A stretch of DNA of 64,000 nt from a virus, in the IMG/VR virus record IMGVR_UViG_3300028653_000016, positions 6,395 through 70,394 of that record, one strand, 5' to 3'. Shown here one piece after another: positions 36,391 to 45,470 of this stretch. The notes under the pieces were generated by a model that worked only from the letters and a program-made list of their open reading frames with translations, was not told the DNA's origin and ran no database searches. The number at the start of each line of letters is the position of its first letter. Position 1 is the first letter of the stretch. The position numbers and the translations under genes are program-made.

Positions 36391-37155
36391 TTAAAAAGTT
36401 TCGTTATAACGCTTTGTTAATACTGTAGGAGGTAGAGGAAAATGATTTACAACGAGGGTATGTTCCCAGTGACTAACAATCCCGCCATCTAGCATCCACG
36501 TATTCCACTCTTTTGGCTTATAATAGATAGCGGGATCTCCTGTGCAAAAAATTGGCTCAATACATAGCACTTGTCCAGCAACAATCAAAGCGTTCTTCTC
36601 TTTCACTACCACATTAGGAATGGAAGGACCTTCATGTATATTTCTCCCTATTCCATGCCCAGTAAATTCTTTAATTACTCCACATTTGCCCTTAGAAGCG
36701 TTAAATATAGCCTGACTGATATCTAAGACCGTTTTACCCTCTACAGCTTGTTCTATGCCATCTAGCATTGCTGTATAGGTCGTTTCTGCAAGCATTCTAA
36801 CCTCTGGTTTTACTGGGGGTATCAAAACAGTGATAGCTGAATCTGCTTTAAAACCATTGTAATCTACTACAAGATCTAGTTTTACTACATCCCCATCCAA
36901 AAATGGTTTATTTGTAGGTATATTATGAACAGCCCCAGAATTGATCGAAATACACATGGCAGCAGGAAATCCTTCAAAATTCTTACAAGCAGCCGTTCCT
37001 CCAAAAGAAATTATAAAATCTTCGGCCATTTTGTCAATCTGCAGCCCCGTAACCCCTGGTTTTACCTGTAACGACAAAAAGCTGAGACATTCACTTAGAA
37101 TGTTCCCAGCTTTCCTGATTTGCTCCATATCTGAATCTGATTTTAAAAATATCAT
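36391..37155 (-). CDS. map: methionine aminopeptidase type I
   Basis: FPAAMCISIN..AVH.IP, GDVVKLD...G..ADSA, GHGIG..IHEGP, IEP, HWEHT. Confidence 0.95.
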   Translation of the reverse strand: MIFLKSDSDMEQIRKAGNILSECLSFLSLQVKPGVTGLQIDKMAEDFIISFGGTAACKNFEGFPAAMCISINSGAVHNIPTNKPFLDGDVVKLDLVVDYNGFKADSAITVLIPPVKPEVRMLAETTYTAMLDGIEQAVEGKTVLDISQAIFNASKGKCGVIKEFTGHGIGRNIHEGPSIPNVVVKEKNALIVAGQVLCIEPIFCTGDPAIYYKPKEWNTWMLDGGIVSHWEHTLVVNHFPLPPTVLTKRYNETF

Positions 37156-37436
37156 TATTTCTTTCTAAATCTCTTATCCTTTTTCTTTGGCAACCATGCA
37201 TCTTTTCGGATCTCGTTGAACGATTTTATATCTTTATCTTGATTAGGTAATGCTTTTATTTCAGCATTATCAATAGCTAAAAAGTTAGGATGAATAATCC
37301 TCATACCCTCTTCCTGCAGATTCTCCCCCATTTTATAAATCTGGTTCACACAGGGGCAAGAACACTCTGCACTTAGGCAGCATGAGAATTTATGGGTAGC
37401 TTTTTTCGTTTCACAATTATAGCATTTACTTTCCAT
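37155..37436 (-). CDS. Cys-rich hypothetical protein
   Basis: 93 aa ORF. Confidence 0.55.
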   Translation of the reverse strand: MESKCYNCETKKATHKFSCCLSAECSCPCVNQIYKMGENLQEEGMRIIHPNFLAIDNAEIKALPNQDKDIKSFNEIRKDAWLPKKKDKRFRKK

Positions 37437-37860
37437 TTAGACCTCTAATCACATCTGAAGGTGTAACAGCTTTTTCAATAATAGATTTCAAATCCTTTTT
37501 CTCTGGAGTAGTTGAATCCTGATTAAAATGAGGATTAATATTTTCAGCATTTGGACTTGGAAGGTAATTCTCATATGGATCTATCTGCTTTTCGGATTGT
37601 TCTACTTGTTCTAAATATTCTCTTAATGGAGTTCTCTTCTCTGCTGCACGAATAATATCATACTCTTGTTCAGGTTCAAGACGAGTAGGCTCCACTACAA
37701 TCACCGCTTTACCTTCAAAATTCTCTAGCACTTCAATATAGTAAAGGGCTCTGCATACGTCACAGCAGACAAAAGGGCACTGCCCAGTACTGGAAAGAAG
37801 AAGTCCAGTTTCAAGGAGTTGGTTTCCACATGCATGACAGATGAAATTAAAAGCTTGCAC
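37426..37860 (-). CDS. zinc-ribbon hypothetical protein
   Basis: CHACG...CDVC; the track start lies inside the promoter -10, so GTG 37860 is preferred. Confidence 0.55.
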   Translation of the reverse strand: MQAFNFICHACGNQLLETGLLLSSTGQCPFVCCDVCRALYYIEVLENFEGKAVIVVEPTRLEPEQEYDIIRAAEKRTPLREYLEQVEQSEKQIDPYENYLPSPNAENINPHFNQDSTTPEKKDLKSIIEKAVTPSDVIRGLNGK

Positions 37861-37866
37861 AAGGAG

Positions 37867-37895
37867 AGTATACAACGAGTTTATTGATTTGTCAA
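37867..37895 (-). promoter_or_regulatory. sigma70 promoter TTGACA-N17-TATACT
   Basis: Consensus match at the late/early module boundary. Confidence 0.75.
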
Positions 37896-37916
37896 GGGTT
37901 ATTAAGGTAGGTAAGT

Positions 37917-38450
37917 TTATTCTGAGACGGTAATTCTGACTGGCTTCGACCAGTCGATTTGAGCCATAAATTTATTAAAAGTAGCTTTCGAATTATACAC
38001 AACATCAGTATCTTCTGAATCTCCAAGAGCAATACACCCTAAAAGGAAAGCATGGTGAGTTTTTGGGTCTAGAGCGTAGTTCGATGGGTGGATTTCTATG
38101 GAGCTACGACCTGGAACATCTTGCAAGAGAGGAACTTCAAATCCCCAATGTGGAGAGAGATATTTTTGTAAAAAATAAGTTCCTGTTGGAATACAAACAT
38201 TTGAACCATAAGCAGACACTTTAGGCAACTCAATGGTATAACAGAAAAAATTTCCATTGATATACATCTCACCTTCAGTAGAAAGTGTATCTGAAGTTTT
38301 TCGTACAAGTTTTAAATCTGTACCATCAAACTTAGGTTCAGCAGGAGATGGGACAGGAGGAGTATTTCCTGAAGGAGAAAACACGCTTATGATTTGATTA
38401 ATAATGTTTGACCAATCCATATTCATCCCCTCTAACGTCTTATTGTCCAA
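37917..38450 (-). CDS. DUF5675-family protein (candidate endolysin, L,D-peptidase-like)
   Basis: L.R......T.G.MYING.FFCYTIE.P...CIPTGTY...DVPGRS.I.IH..N...GCI.LG. Confidence 0.75.
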   Translation of the reverse strand: MDNKTLEGMNMDWSNIINQIISVFSPSGNTPPVPSPAEPKFDGTDLKLVRKTSDTLSTEGEMYINGNFFCYTIELPKVSAYGSNVCIPTGTYFLQKYLSPHWGFEVPLLQDVPGRSSIEIHPSNYALDPKTHHAFLLGCIALGDSEDTDVVYNSKATFNKFMAQIDWSKPVRITVSE

Positions 38451-39214
38451 AAATCCGAAGCAAGATTAGGATTCACCATGTACTGATAGGGCATCTTAAA
38501 ATAACCCTGCAATCCCCAATTTGATCCCCACGAATTTCTAACAATGAACATCTGCTCAGCATCATTATAGCCAACACAACAGACTGCATGGCCTCCAACA
38601 CATCCCTCGTTCCATCCAGGCATCTTTAATATGCCCGTTTGAGCTGTTTCCTCTGACTCGAATGAATCATAGACAGTAAAGCCAAAGACGAAAGGGAAAC
38701 CTTCACTTAGGCAGTGCTTCATATCGGAAATTGAAGAGAGACTTTGATAAGAAGTAATTTTATGATTAAGAGCTTCTTGATAAGCTACTTCTGAAGGTTT
38801 TACAAATACTTGAGATTCATTATATGGCCAAGTAATCTCGCTACATGCTCCTAATGAGGCTAAAGTCTTAATTCCATCTCGCAACTGCCCCCCTCCGTCT
38901 TCGTTTACATCACCTTCCATATCTCGTTCATTATAATAAATGAAAAGATGGGAAAAGCTGGAATAGAAATTGGGGGAGAGAATTTCAGGGGAAGCAGTTT
39001 TAGTTACAAGAGATTGCTCTTCTAGAAATTCAAGAGCACCTGCTAATGCAAAGGATGTGCAGCTTCCTAGTGTGTTCTGATTCTCCACAGGAGACATCTT
39101 AGGACGAAGATCCACAGAAGAAGGAAGCTCTTGAATACTGTATTTATGAACAGCTTTATAGATCAAATCCCTAAAGTCAGGCAAATCTGGATGCCATCCA
39201 TAGTTCTTTTTCAT
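38432..39214 (-). CDS. papain-family (C1A) cysteine protease
   Basis: YGW.PD.PD.RD, VDLR, NQ..LGSCTSFA, GGHAV..VGYND, VRNSWG..WG..GYF. Confidence 0.92.
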   Translation of the reverse strand: MKKNYGWHPDLPDFRDLIYKAVHKYSIQELPSSVDLRPKMSPVENQNTLGSCTSFALAGALEFLEEQSLVTKTASPEILSPNFYSSFSHLFIYYNERDMEGDVNEDGGGQLRDGIKTLASLGACSEITWPYNESQVFVKPSEVAYQEALNHKITSYQSLSSISDMKHCLSEGFPFVFGFTVYDSFESEETAQTGILKMPGWNEGCVGGHAVCCVGYNDAEQMFIVRNSWGSNWGLQGYFKMPYQYMVNPNLASDFWTIRR

Positions 39215-39224
39215 AATAAATTCC

Positions 39225-39482
39225 TTAAAGAATAACTTCCCCATTAAGATCAGTAATTATAGCAACTGTAGAACACCAAACCTTAATAGTGCTTGCTCGT
39301 TGACAAGCTACTTTTTTCACTTCAATTAAATCATTTGAATTAACTAAATCATAACCCATTACACGAACTGGATTATACATAGAAGGAACTGTTACCCCAC
39401 CAAATGAAAATGTAACATCATAAGAATATACAGACCCATCTAAATTTTTATATACTATACAATTTGTAATAGAATCAATCAT
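39225..39482 (-). CDS. hypothetical protein downstream of tail fibre
   Basis: 85 aa, GAGG RBS. Confidence 0.55.
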   Translation of the reverse strand: MIDSITNCIVYKNLDGSVYSYDVTFSFGGVTVPSMYNPVRVMGYDLVNSNDLIEVKKVACQRASTIKVWCSTVAIITDLNGEVIL

Positions 39483-39497
39483 GATATATTTTTCCTC

Positions 39498-41372
39498 TTA
39501 ATATTTGATAATATAATTAACACCTAATGAAGGTTGCACAATACTATGCGCTGCACCACCACCACCTACTGAAATACCTGTTGTTGCATTTGCTATGAAA
39601 CCTGAATTTCCAGCAGGTAAAAAGTTTCCAGCACCAGCTCCTGCGATAGTTGCAGTTCCATTACCTACAGTAGCTTTAGTACCTGTAGCTGAATCATTGT
39701 GATAATGTCCTGGATCATTAACTGTTAGACCTGCTGGAATTTCTGAAACAGTTAATGTATGAGTATCAGATCCTACTGGAGTTGGCGAGAATGTAGGAGC
39801 AATACTACCTCCTATACCAACAGGAACATTATTAACCATATTAGGAAGATTAAAGCTTGCCCCAGCTCCTCCATAATTATATCCAATGGTAGCAAACAAA
39901 CTTGGATAAGTAACCGTGGAAACGGATGCCCCATTAGCTAACAAAAATCCAAGGGGTGCCACTGATCCTGCAAAAGGCAACAATGAACCCGTTGGAACAG
40001 TACTATTGGAAGAAGCAGTAACAACCTGTTGCCATGCCGTTCCATCCCAGTATTCAAAGGTATTTAATGTAATATTAAAACCGAATTCTCCTACGATTGG
40101 ATTTACAGGTCTTGCCGTGGTAATCCAACGTTGTAATAAACTGTTTGTACCTCCAATGAGTCTACGATCTATTAAATCTGAAAGAGGATTATTATTTGAG
40201 ACAGGTGATCCAACATACGTATACGTAACAGTAGCAAGCCAAAGATACACAGGATTAGAAGAAATATCAGTTGTAGTAACTCCAAATGATCGTGTACTTG
40301 AATTCCAATATACATTATATACTCCTGTTGTATTTGGAAATGTCACTGTGACACTCAAAAGAGCCCCAAAAATATCACTAGCACTATAAGCTGCTCCATT
40401 TACAATGGCATACTCAGGAATACCTCCATACGATGAAAGAGCATAAATTGTAAGAGTATCACTTCCAAAAGGCAACACATAATTAATATAAGAAGCCATG
40501 GCAGAAGAAACAGGATTAGGATTTGTAGTGATAATAACATTATTATTACCTTCAATCTGACTACGCCCCACCACAGTATCCAATGTGGATATCCCTAAAT
40601 CAGCTAGAGACGTATTATGGGGATTAAAAGGACTAATCCCAGGACCAGTTCCGACTGCTTTGATATGATCTTCAAGTACCAGTCTCGTAGCAGGAGGGTA
40701 GGAAACGGTTCTATCAGACAAATTTGCTAGGGGGGTGATTATTGGAACAATTTTAGGCAGAATTGCATAATAAGTTCTACCTACTTGGGAAATATTGGAC
40801 GGAGCAACAGCACCTCCACCTATCATATCTATAGACGCTAAGAAAATAGAATTAGCATCTGGAGGAACATTTGTTGTAGTGACTCGAATATTATATCCAT
40901 CTATTTGTTTGAAGAAAATTTTTGCATCCGTAATTTCATTAGTAGTAAATGCTGACGTATCAATAGTAGGAAGATAATCGACCCAAAGATAATTTTGTGA
41001 AGTCTGAGTAAGAGGGATATTAACCACTCCAGTAGACTGTGGTGTAGGTAAGAAATTTCCGAGACCATCATTAGTTGTGCTTAAAGGATTTGAAGCATTA
41101 TATAGAGTAGTATCGGAAGGAGAAATATATATCCTATTCCCAACGGAATCATAAGCTATCCCTCCTAAAGTCACATTCACAGAAGGAGTTAAACTAGTAT
41201 TGTTATTTCCAGGAACAACAAGGAATCCTTCACCTGAAGTAGTGGCATTATCTATACCTGCACTAAAGGTATCGGTAATAAGATTACTAGTCTTTGTTTG
41301 GTCACTTGTTTGCAACCATTGAAAAATAGCCGAAATTATTCTTTGCCCATTACTAAAAATTACTGAACTCAT
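39498..41372 (-). CDS. tail fibre with phage tail collar domain
   Basis: PTGSLLPFAGS.AP.GFLLANGA.VS...YP.LF..IG..YG...FNLP; terminal H..VQPSL.VNYIIKY. Confidence 0.85.
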   Translation of the reverse strand: MSSVIFSNGQRIISAIFQWLQTSDQTKTSNLITDTFSAGIDNATTSGEGFLVVPGNNNTSLTPSVNVTLGGIAYDSVGNRIYISPSDTTLYNASNPLSTTNDGLGNFLPTPQSTGVVNIPLTQTSQNYLWVDYLPTIDTSAFTTNEITDAKIFFKQIDGYNIRVTTTNVPPDANSIFLASIDMIGGGAVAPSNISQVGRTYYAILPKIVPIITPLANLSDRTVSYPPATRLVLEDHIKAVGTGPGISPFNPHNTSLADLGISTLDTVVGRSQIEGNNNVIITTNPNPVSSAMASYINYVLPFGSDTLTIYALSSYGGIPEYAIVNGAAYSASDIFGALLSVTVTFPNTTGVYNVYWNSSTRSFGVTTTDISSNPVYLWLATVTYTYVGSPVSNNNPLSDLIDRRLIGGTNSLLQRWITTARPVNPIVGEFGFNITLNTFEYWDGTAWQQVVTASSNSTVPTGSLLPFAGSVAPLGFLLANGASVSTVTYPSLFATIGYNYGGAGASFNLPNMVNNVPVGIGGSIAPTFSPTPVGSDTHTLTVSEIPAGLTVNDPGHYHNDSATGTKATVGNGTATIAGAGAGNFLPAGNSGFIANATTGISVGGGGAAHSIVQPSLGVNYIIKY

Positions 41373-41383
41373 ATACGTCTCCT

Positions 41384-42526
41384 TTACTCAACTATTTTAA
41401 AATAAGTCTTAATATTTGCAGGGACCAACTGATTAACCAATTGTTCAACGACTGGAATTGTGACAGGTGCTAAATGGCTGCTTTGAATCGAAAATGAACC
41501 TGGCGTTGAATCAGATACAACCACACTATCTGATACTGATTGTGCTCGTGCTAATGACGTTGCATCAGAAAGTAAAACTGAGTCTACTAAAGTTATTTCA
41601 TCTTCTTTAGTGGTTACATCACTAGAAGAAATAGAATCTGTTAATAATAAAGACAAAAGACCTGATGTTATTACACCAATGTTATTACCAGCATTTTCAG
41701 TAAACCATAAATTCCCATCAGGACCTAAAGCAATATAAAGGGGTGTGCTATTAGGAGTGGGGACAGTATAATTAGTGGAAGTTCCAGATGTTGTAATTTT
41801 ACCAATATTATTCCCACTAAGTTCAGTAAACCACAAGTTACCATCAGGTCCTGCACAAATATCATATGGAGAAGAAGAGACAGCATAATCAATTATAGTA
41901 CCAGATGTTGTAATTTTACCAATTTTTCCTACTTGATTTTCAGTAAACCACAAGTTACCATCAGGTCCTGCACAGATACTAATAGGTAAGGTATTACCAG
42001 GAAGAATATTATATTCAGTTACACTACCCGATGTAGTCATTTTGGCAATATGATTTGCATTAGGTTCAGTAAACCATAAATTCCCATCAGGACCAGAACA
42101 GATGCCATATGGATGACTACCACTAGGAATAGGATATTCTGTAATAACACCTAATGGTGTAATTTTACCAATTTTATTACCCAAGTATTCAGTAAACCAT
42201 AAGTTACCATCAGGTCCTAGACAAATACCATATGGTTGACTATTGGGAGTAGGAATAGCGTATTCTGTAATAACACCTAATGGTGTAATTTTACCAATAT
42301 TATTCCCACTAAGTTCAGTAAACCATAAGTTACCATCAGGTCCTAGACAAATACCAACAGGAGCACTACTCATAAAAAGAGGGTATTCTGTAATAACACC
42401 AGCAGAGGTACATTTACCAATATTATTTGCATTTTCCTCTGTGAACCATAAGTTACCATCTGAACCTAGACAAATACCATATGGCCCAGCTCCCACTGTA
42501 GGAACAGGATATTCTGTAATAGACAT
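41384..42526 (-). CDS. virion protein with a 7-bladed Vgb-lyase-like beta-propeller
   Basis: Seven GPDGNLWFTE...IGKIT repeats. Confidence 0.85.
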   Translation of the reverse strand: MSITEYPVPTVGAGPYGICLGSDGNLWFTEENANNIGKCTSAGVITEYPLFMSSAPVGICLGPDGNLWFTELSGNNIGKITPLGVITEYAIPTPNSQPYGICLGPDGNLWFTEYLGNKIGKITPLGVITEYPIPSGSHPYGICSGPDGNLWFTEPNANHIAKMTTSGSVTEYNILPGNTLPISICAGPDGNLWFTENQVGKIGKITTSGTIIDYAVSSSPYDICAGPDGNLWFTELSGNNIGKITTSGTSTNYTVPTPNSTPLYIALGPDGNLWFTENAGNNIGVITSGLLSLLLTDSISSSDVTTKEDEITLVDSVLLSDATSLARAQSVSDSVVVSDSTPGSFSIQSSHLAPVTIPVVEQLVNQLVPANIKTYFKIVE

Positions 42527-42543
42527 AATTTTACCTTATATTT

Positions 42544-43017
42544 TTAATTAAAAGTTACTTGCCAAGTCAAAATAAAAGTATCTCCCGCACCTTTATTAAC
42601 AGCCCCAAATGTTTGACGAGCAAACATGGTTCCTGCTGGAGTAGGGAAAGTCCAATCTATAGAAAATAAACCAGCTTCAGTAATAGATCCAGTATTCACT
42701 CCAGGACCAAATGTAGCAACATTTTGCCAGATATTTACAGAACCTGGAGTAGAAAGAACCCCTTGAACACGAGTTGGAAGAGGTGTTTGTAAATCTGTAT
42801 TTCCAATAACGGGCGAAGTTGCACCAGTTCCCAATCCAATATAGGACATAAATTCCCCAGCCTGTGATGCAGCAGCAAGCCAAGCAGCTAGGTATTGTTT
42901 GCCAATTGTCACAACAAGATTAGAATCAGTATGATCATATTTTAGAGTACCGTCTTCTCCAAATAATTGTTTTCTCACTGATCCTGTAATTTTTAAACTA
43001 TCATTCATTTCTGTCAT
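42544..43017 (-). CDS. tail fibre base / baseplate attachment protein
   Basis: NLVVT.G..YLA..L...YIGLGTG....D L...ITEAGLF...MFAR..F..V.K...TW.VTF. Confidence 0.7.
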   Translation of the reverse strand: MTEMNDSLKITGSVRKQLFGEDGTLKYDHTDSNLVVTIGKQYLAAWLAAASQAGEFMSYIGLGTGATSPVIGNTDLQTPLPTRVQGVLSTPGSVNIWQNVATFGPGVNTGSITEAGLFSIDWTFPTPAGTMFARQTFGAVNKGAGDTFILTWQVTFN

Positions 43018-43036
43018 ATAAGTCTCCTAATTTTAC

Positions 43037-45457
43037 TCAGTATAAGGGAAAATTTCCTGGATTTACAATAGTGATAAGTACTCCAAAAGCTAACGTAGAA
43101 GCATCCCAAAGTACAGGGATAGGCAATTGAGTTTCAGTATACTGCAATCTATAAGCTGTTATTACTTCAGTTGGACCTGCCCATAGTGAGGCTAATGTAA
43201 GATGGGTATTATCTGCAATTAATTCTATTGTACCTAAATAAATTCCATTTGGATCTGTAATCTGATCTCCAACTGAAAGGGATAAAAAGGATGTTCCACT
43301 ACCTGTAACTGTAGCACTTCCATTTGTAAATGTTACAAATCCTGCTAAGGGTGTAGCCCCCTGTAAGGCATTGACTATCTTAATAGGACTACCTGTATCA
43401 AATATAGCTTGTAGGGTACTTGTTGTTGGAACAAGCATAGTCCAGTATCCTAATGCTCCATTTGTAGTATAGGTACTAGGTGGTACAAGAAGACCTGGAG
43501 TAATACCACCAGCAGGAACAACTACTGTTCCAGCACTAGGGAATGCAACAGTTGTGCCAGAAGGACCATAAGTTAATGCTCTACCATGAAGAACACTGTT
43601 AGAGGCAAAGGTAATGGATGTTCCAGCAAGAATTGTTCCATTAACAGTGTCATTAGCCCCAAAGGTAAATGTTGTACCAGTTACAAAGTAAACATTATCC
43701 GCTGTAGCACCACCTGTTAGAACTACGTTACAATTAGCTCCCATTGTAAGAGCAGTACCAAAGAGGAACACATACGTTCCTGCACCATTAAGAGTGAGAT
43801 TCCCTGTTGCTGTCCATGTTCCTGCTGCAATTGCACTATAAACACCTGGAGTTGCAACAAACCCATTTAAATCAGTAGAAGAAATATCTGTCCCAGGACC
43901 CATTGCTTGAAGAGCTATTGCTGCTGTGGTAGCATCTGTATGAGCTTGAGCTGCAGCTGAATCTCCACTATGCAATATACCTGTATATGTACCTGGAGGA
44001 AAACCAGTAATTGAAGTAGGAGCTACATTACCTAAATCTCCAGTTAAAATAGTAAACCCCGTATTTGCAACTCCAGTATCACCTAAGACGGCATAGGTAG
44101 CTGCTGTACCAAGGAGAGAAGGGGAAGCACTTGGAGTAATATTTTCTACGACTAAAGTATTATCAATAAAAGGAGAAGAAGTACGAAATACAGATTCTTC
44201 AATCGTATCTCCTGCATACATACCTGCTGTTGAAGAAACAATTAGATGAGTGCTATCTTCCACATCTGTAATAGTAAAAGGAATAGAAGTAGTTGTATCT
44301 AAGGCAGAACCAGGAACCCAACCATTTTCTACCCTAGTAACAGTAAAAGAAATAGGGACGGTTGTATCTAATGCATTACCAGTAATCCACCCAGCTGTAT
44401 TACCAACAACTAAATGAGTACCATCTATTACTGAAGCAATAGTTGTAGTATTAGATCCTTGTACAATAGTATCCCCAGGACTCATGCCTGTAGTAGAGGA
44501 AACAATTAAATGTGTTAAATCTACTGTAGAAGTTACTTCTAAATGAGTACCATCTATAACATTTATAATTGTAGTTGTATTAAGTGTTTGAGTTATTGGC
44601 CCATCTTGAGTTGTAGTTAAAACAAAATTATTTAAATCTCGTATATTTGTAATAACTGGGGGAACACCTGTAAAAGCTTGCACTGTTAAAATAACAGCTT
44701 CATTCGTTCCACCAACTAAAGAAGCCAAATACAAATTCATTAAAATCCAACGATAATCCACATACTGCATACTATTGGGCTTGGGGAAATTAAACATCAC
44801 ACCAAAATTTTGGGCTAAATTCTCATCCACGCACATATCAACATAATTATCTGTCTGAGTAAGAAAATTAGCATAAAATACTTGATCCAACTGATTACCA
44901 TACATATCCTCAACAAGCCATAAATTTGTATTACGTTGGGATACAGGTTTAAGAAGATCCCCCTTCCCATATACATGATAATCGGGCAAAGATTCCATTA
45001 AAGCTTCTGCTGAAGATTGCTGTACACTTTGGGGAATAGTCCAAGTCAATGTGGATGACCAATCTGATATAAAAGAACCTGTATGAGTTCTCACTCTTGC
45101 ATACCAAGTTTGAACTGTAGCATTAATACGAGCAGCAACAGGAACAGTGAGTCCTTTACGCACATTACCATTTTGAAAGGTAATTGGAGAAGGAAAACCG
45201 TATAGCCCAGATGAATTAAAAGTAACTAGATTTGGTGAATTGAATGTTGGAACAGTATCCAATTGTAAATCAAAATTTGCTGCAGCTAATGCAGGAGTAA
45301 TAAAAGCAGGATCAAAGCCAAACCAGAATGTGTAAACCCCATCCTGGGATGTTCTATAGAAACGTAAATCTATAGGAATACCCTGAGCAGCCGTTGTGGT
45401 TGCACCAATGTAAAAACTTCCTGATCCGTAGAAAATTCCTGATCCGTAAAAACTCAT
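43037..45457 (-). CDS. baseplate wedge (gpI-like) protein with inserted beta modules and a DUF3494 ice-binding-like domain
   Basis: L..NFG.MF...YR.IL......GGT.EAV...V.AFTG core; DUF3494 pattern at about 43515-44120. Confidence 0.7.
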   Translation of the reverse strand: MSFYGSGIFYGSGSFYIGATTTAAQGIPIDLRFYRTSQDGVYTFWFGFDPAFITPALAAANFDLQLDTVPTFNSPNLVTFNSSGLYGFPSPITFQNGNVRKGLTVPVAARINATVQTWYARVRTHTGSFISDWSSTLTWTIPQSVQQSSAEALMESLPDYHVYGKGDLLKPVSQRNTNLWLVEDMYGNQLDQVFYANFLTQTDNYVDMCVDENLAQNFGVMFNFPKPNSMQYVDYRWILMNLYLASLVGGTNEAVILTVQAFTGVPPVITNIRDLNNFVLTTTQDGPITQTLNTTTIINVIDGTHLEVTSTVDLTHLIVSSTTGMSPGDTIVQGSNTTTIASVIDGTHLVVGNTAGWITGNALDTTVPISFTVTRVENGWVPGSALDTTTSIPFTITDVEDSTHLIVSSTAGMYAGDTIEESVFRTSSPFIDNTLVVENITPSASPSLLGTAATYAVLGDTGVANTGFTILTGDLGNVAPTSITGFPPGTYTGILHSGDSAAAQAHTDATTAAIALQAMGPGTDISSTDLNGFVATPGVYSAIAAGTWTATGNLTLNGAGTYVFLFGTALTMGANCNVVLTGGATADNVYFVTGTTFTFGANDTVNGTILAGTSITFASNSVLHGRALTYGPSGTTVAFPSAGTVVVPAGGITPGLLVPPSTYTTNGALGYWTMLVPTTSTLQAIFDTGSPIKIVNALQGATPLAGFVTFTNGSATVTGSGTSFLSLSVGDQITDPNGIYLGTIELIADNTHLTLASLWAGPTEVITAYRLQYTETQLPIPVLWDASTLAFGVLITIVNPGNFPLY

Positions 45458-45470
45458 TGTTATTTACCTT

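Noticed and set aside
41680-42520. Direct repeats as a CRISPR array or DGR template/variable repeat
   Set aside because: The repeats are in-frame beta-propeller blades; no reverse transcriptase, cas gene or obvious adenine-specific variation in the window
41384-42526. Antibiotic-resistance gene vgb
   Set aside because: Only the propeller repeat is shared; tail-module context and a structural C-terminus argue for a virion protein
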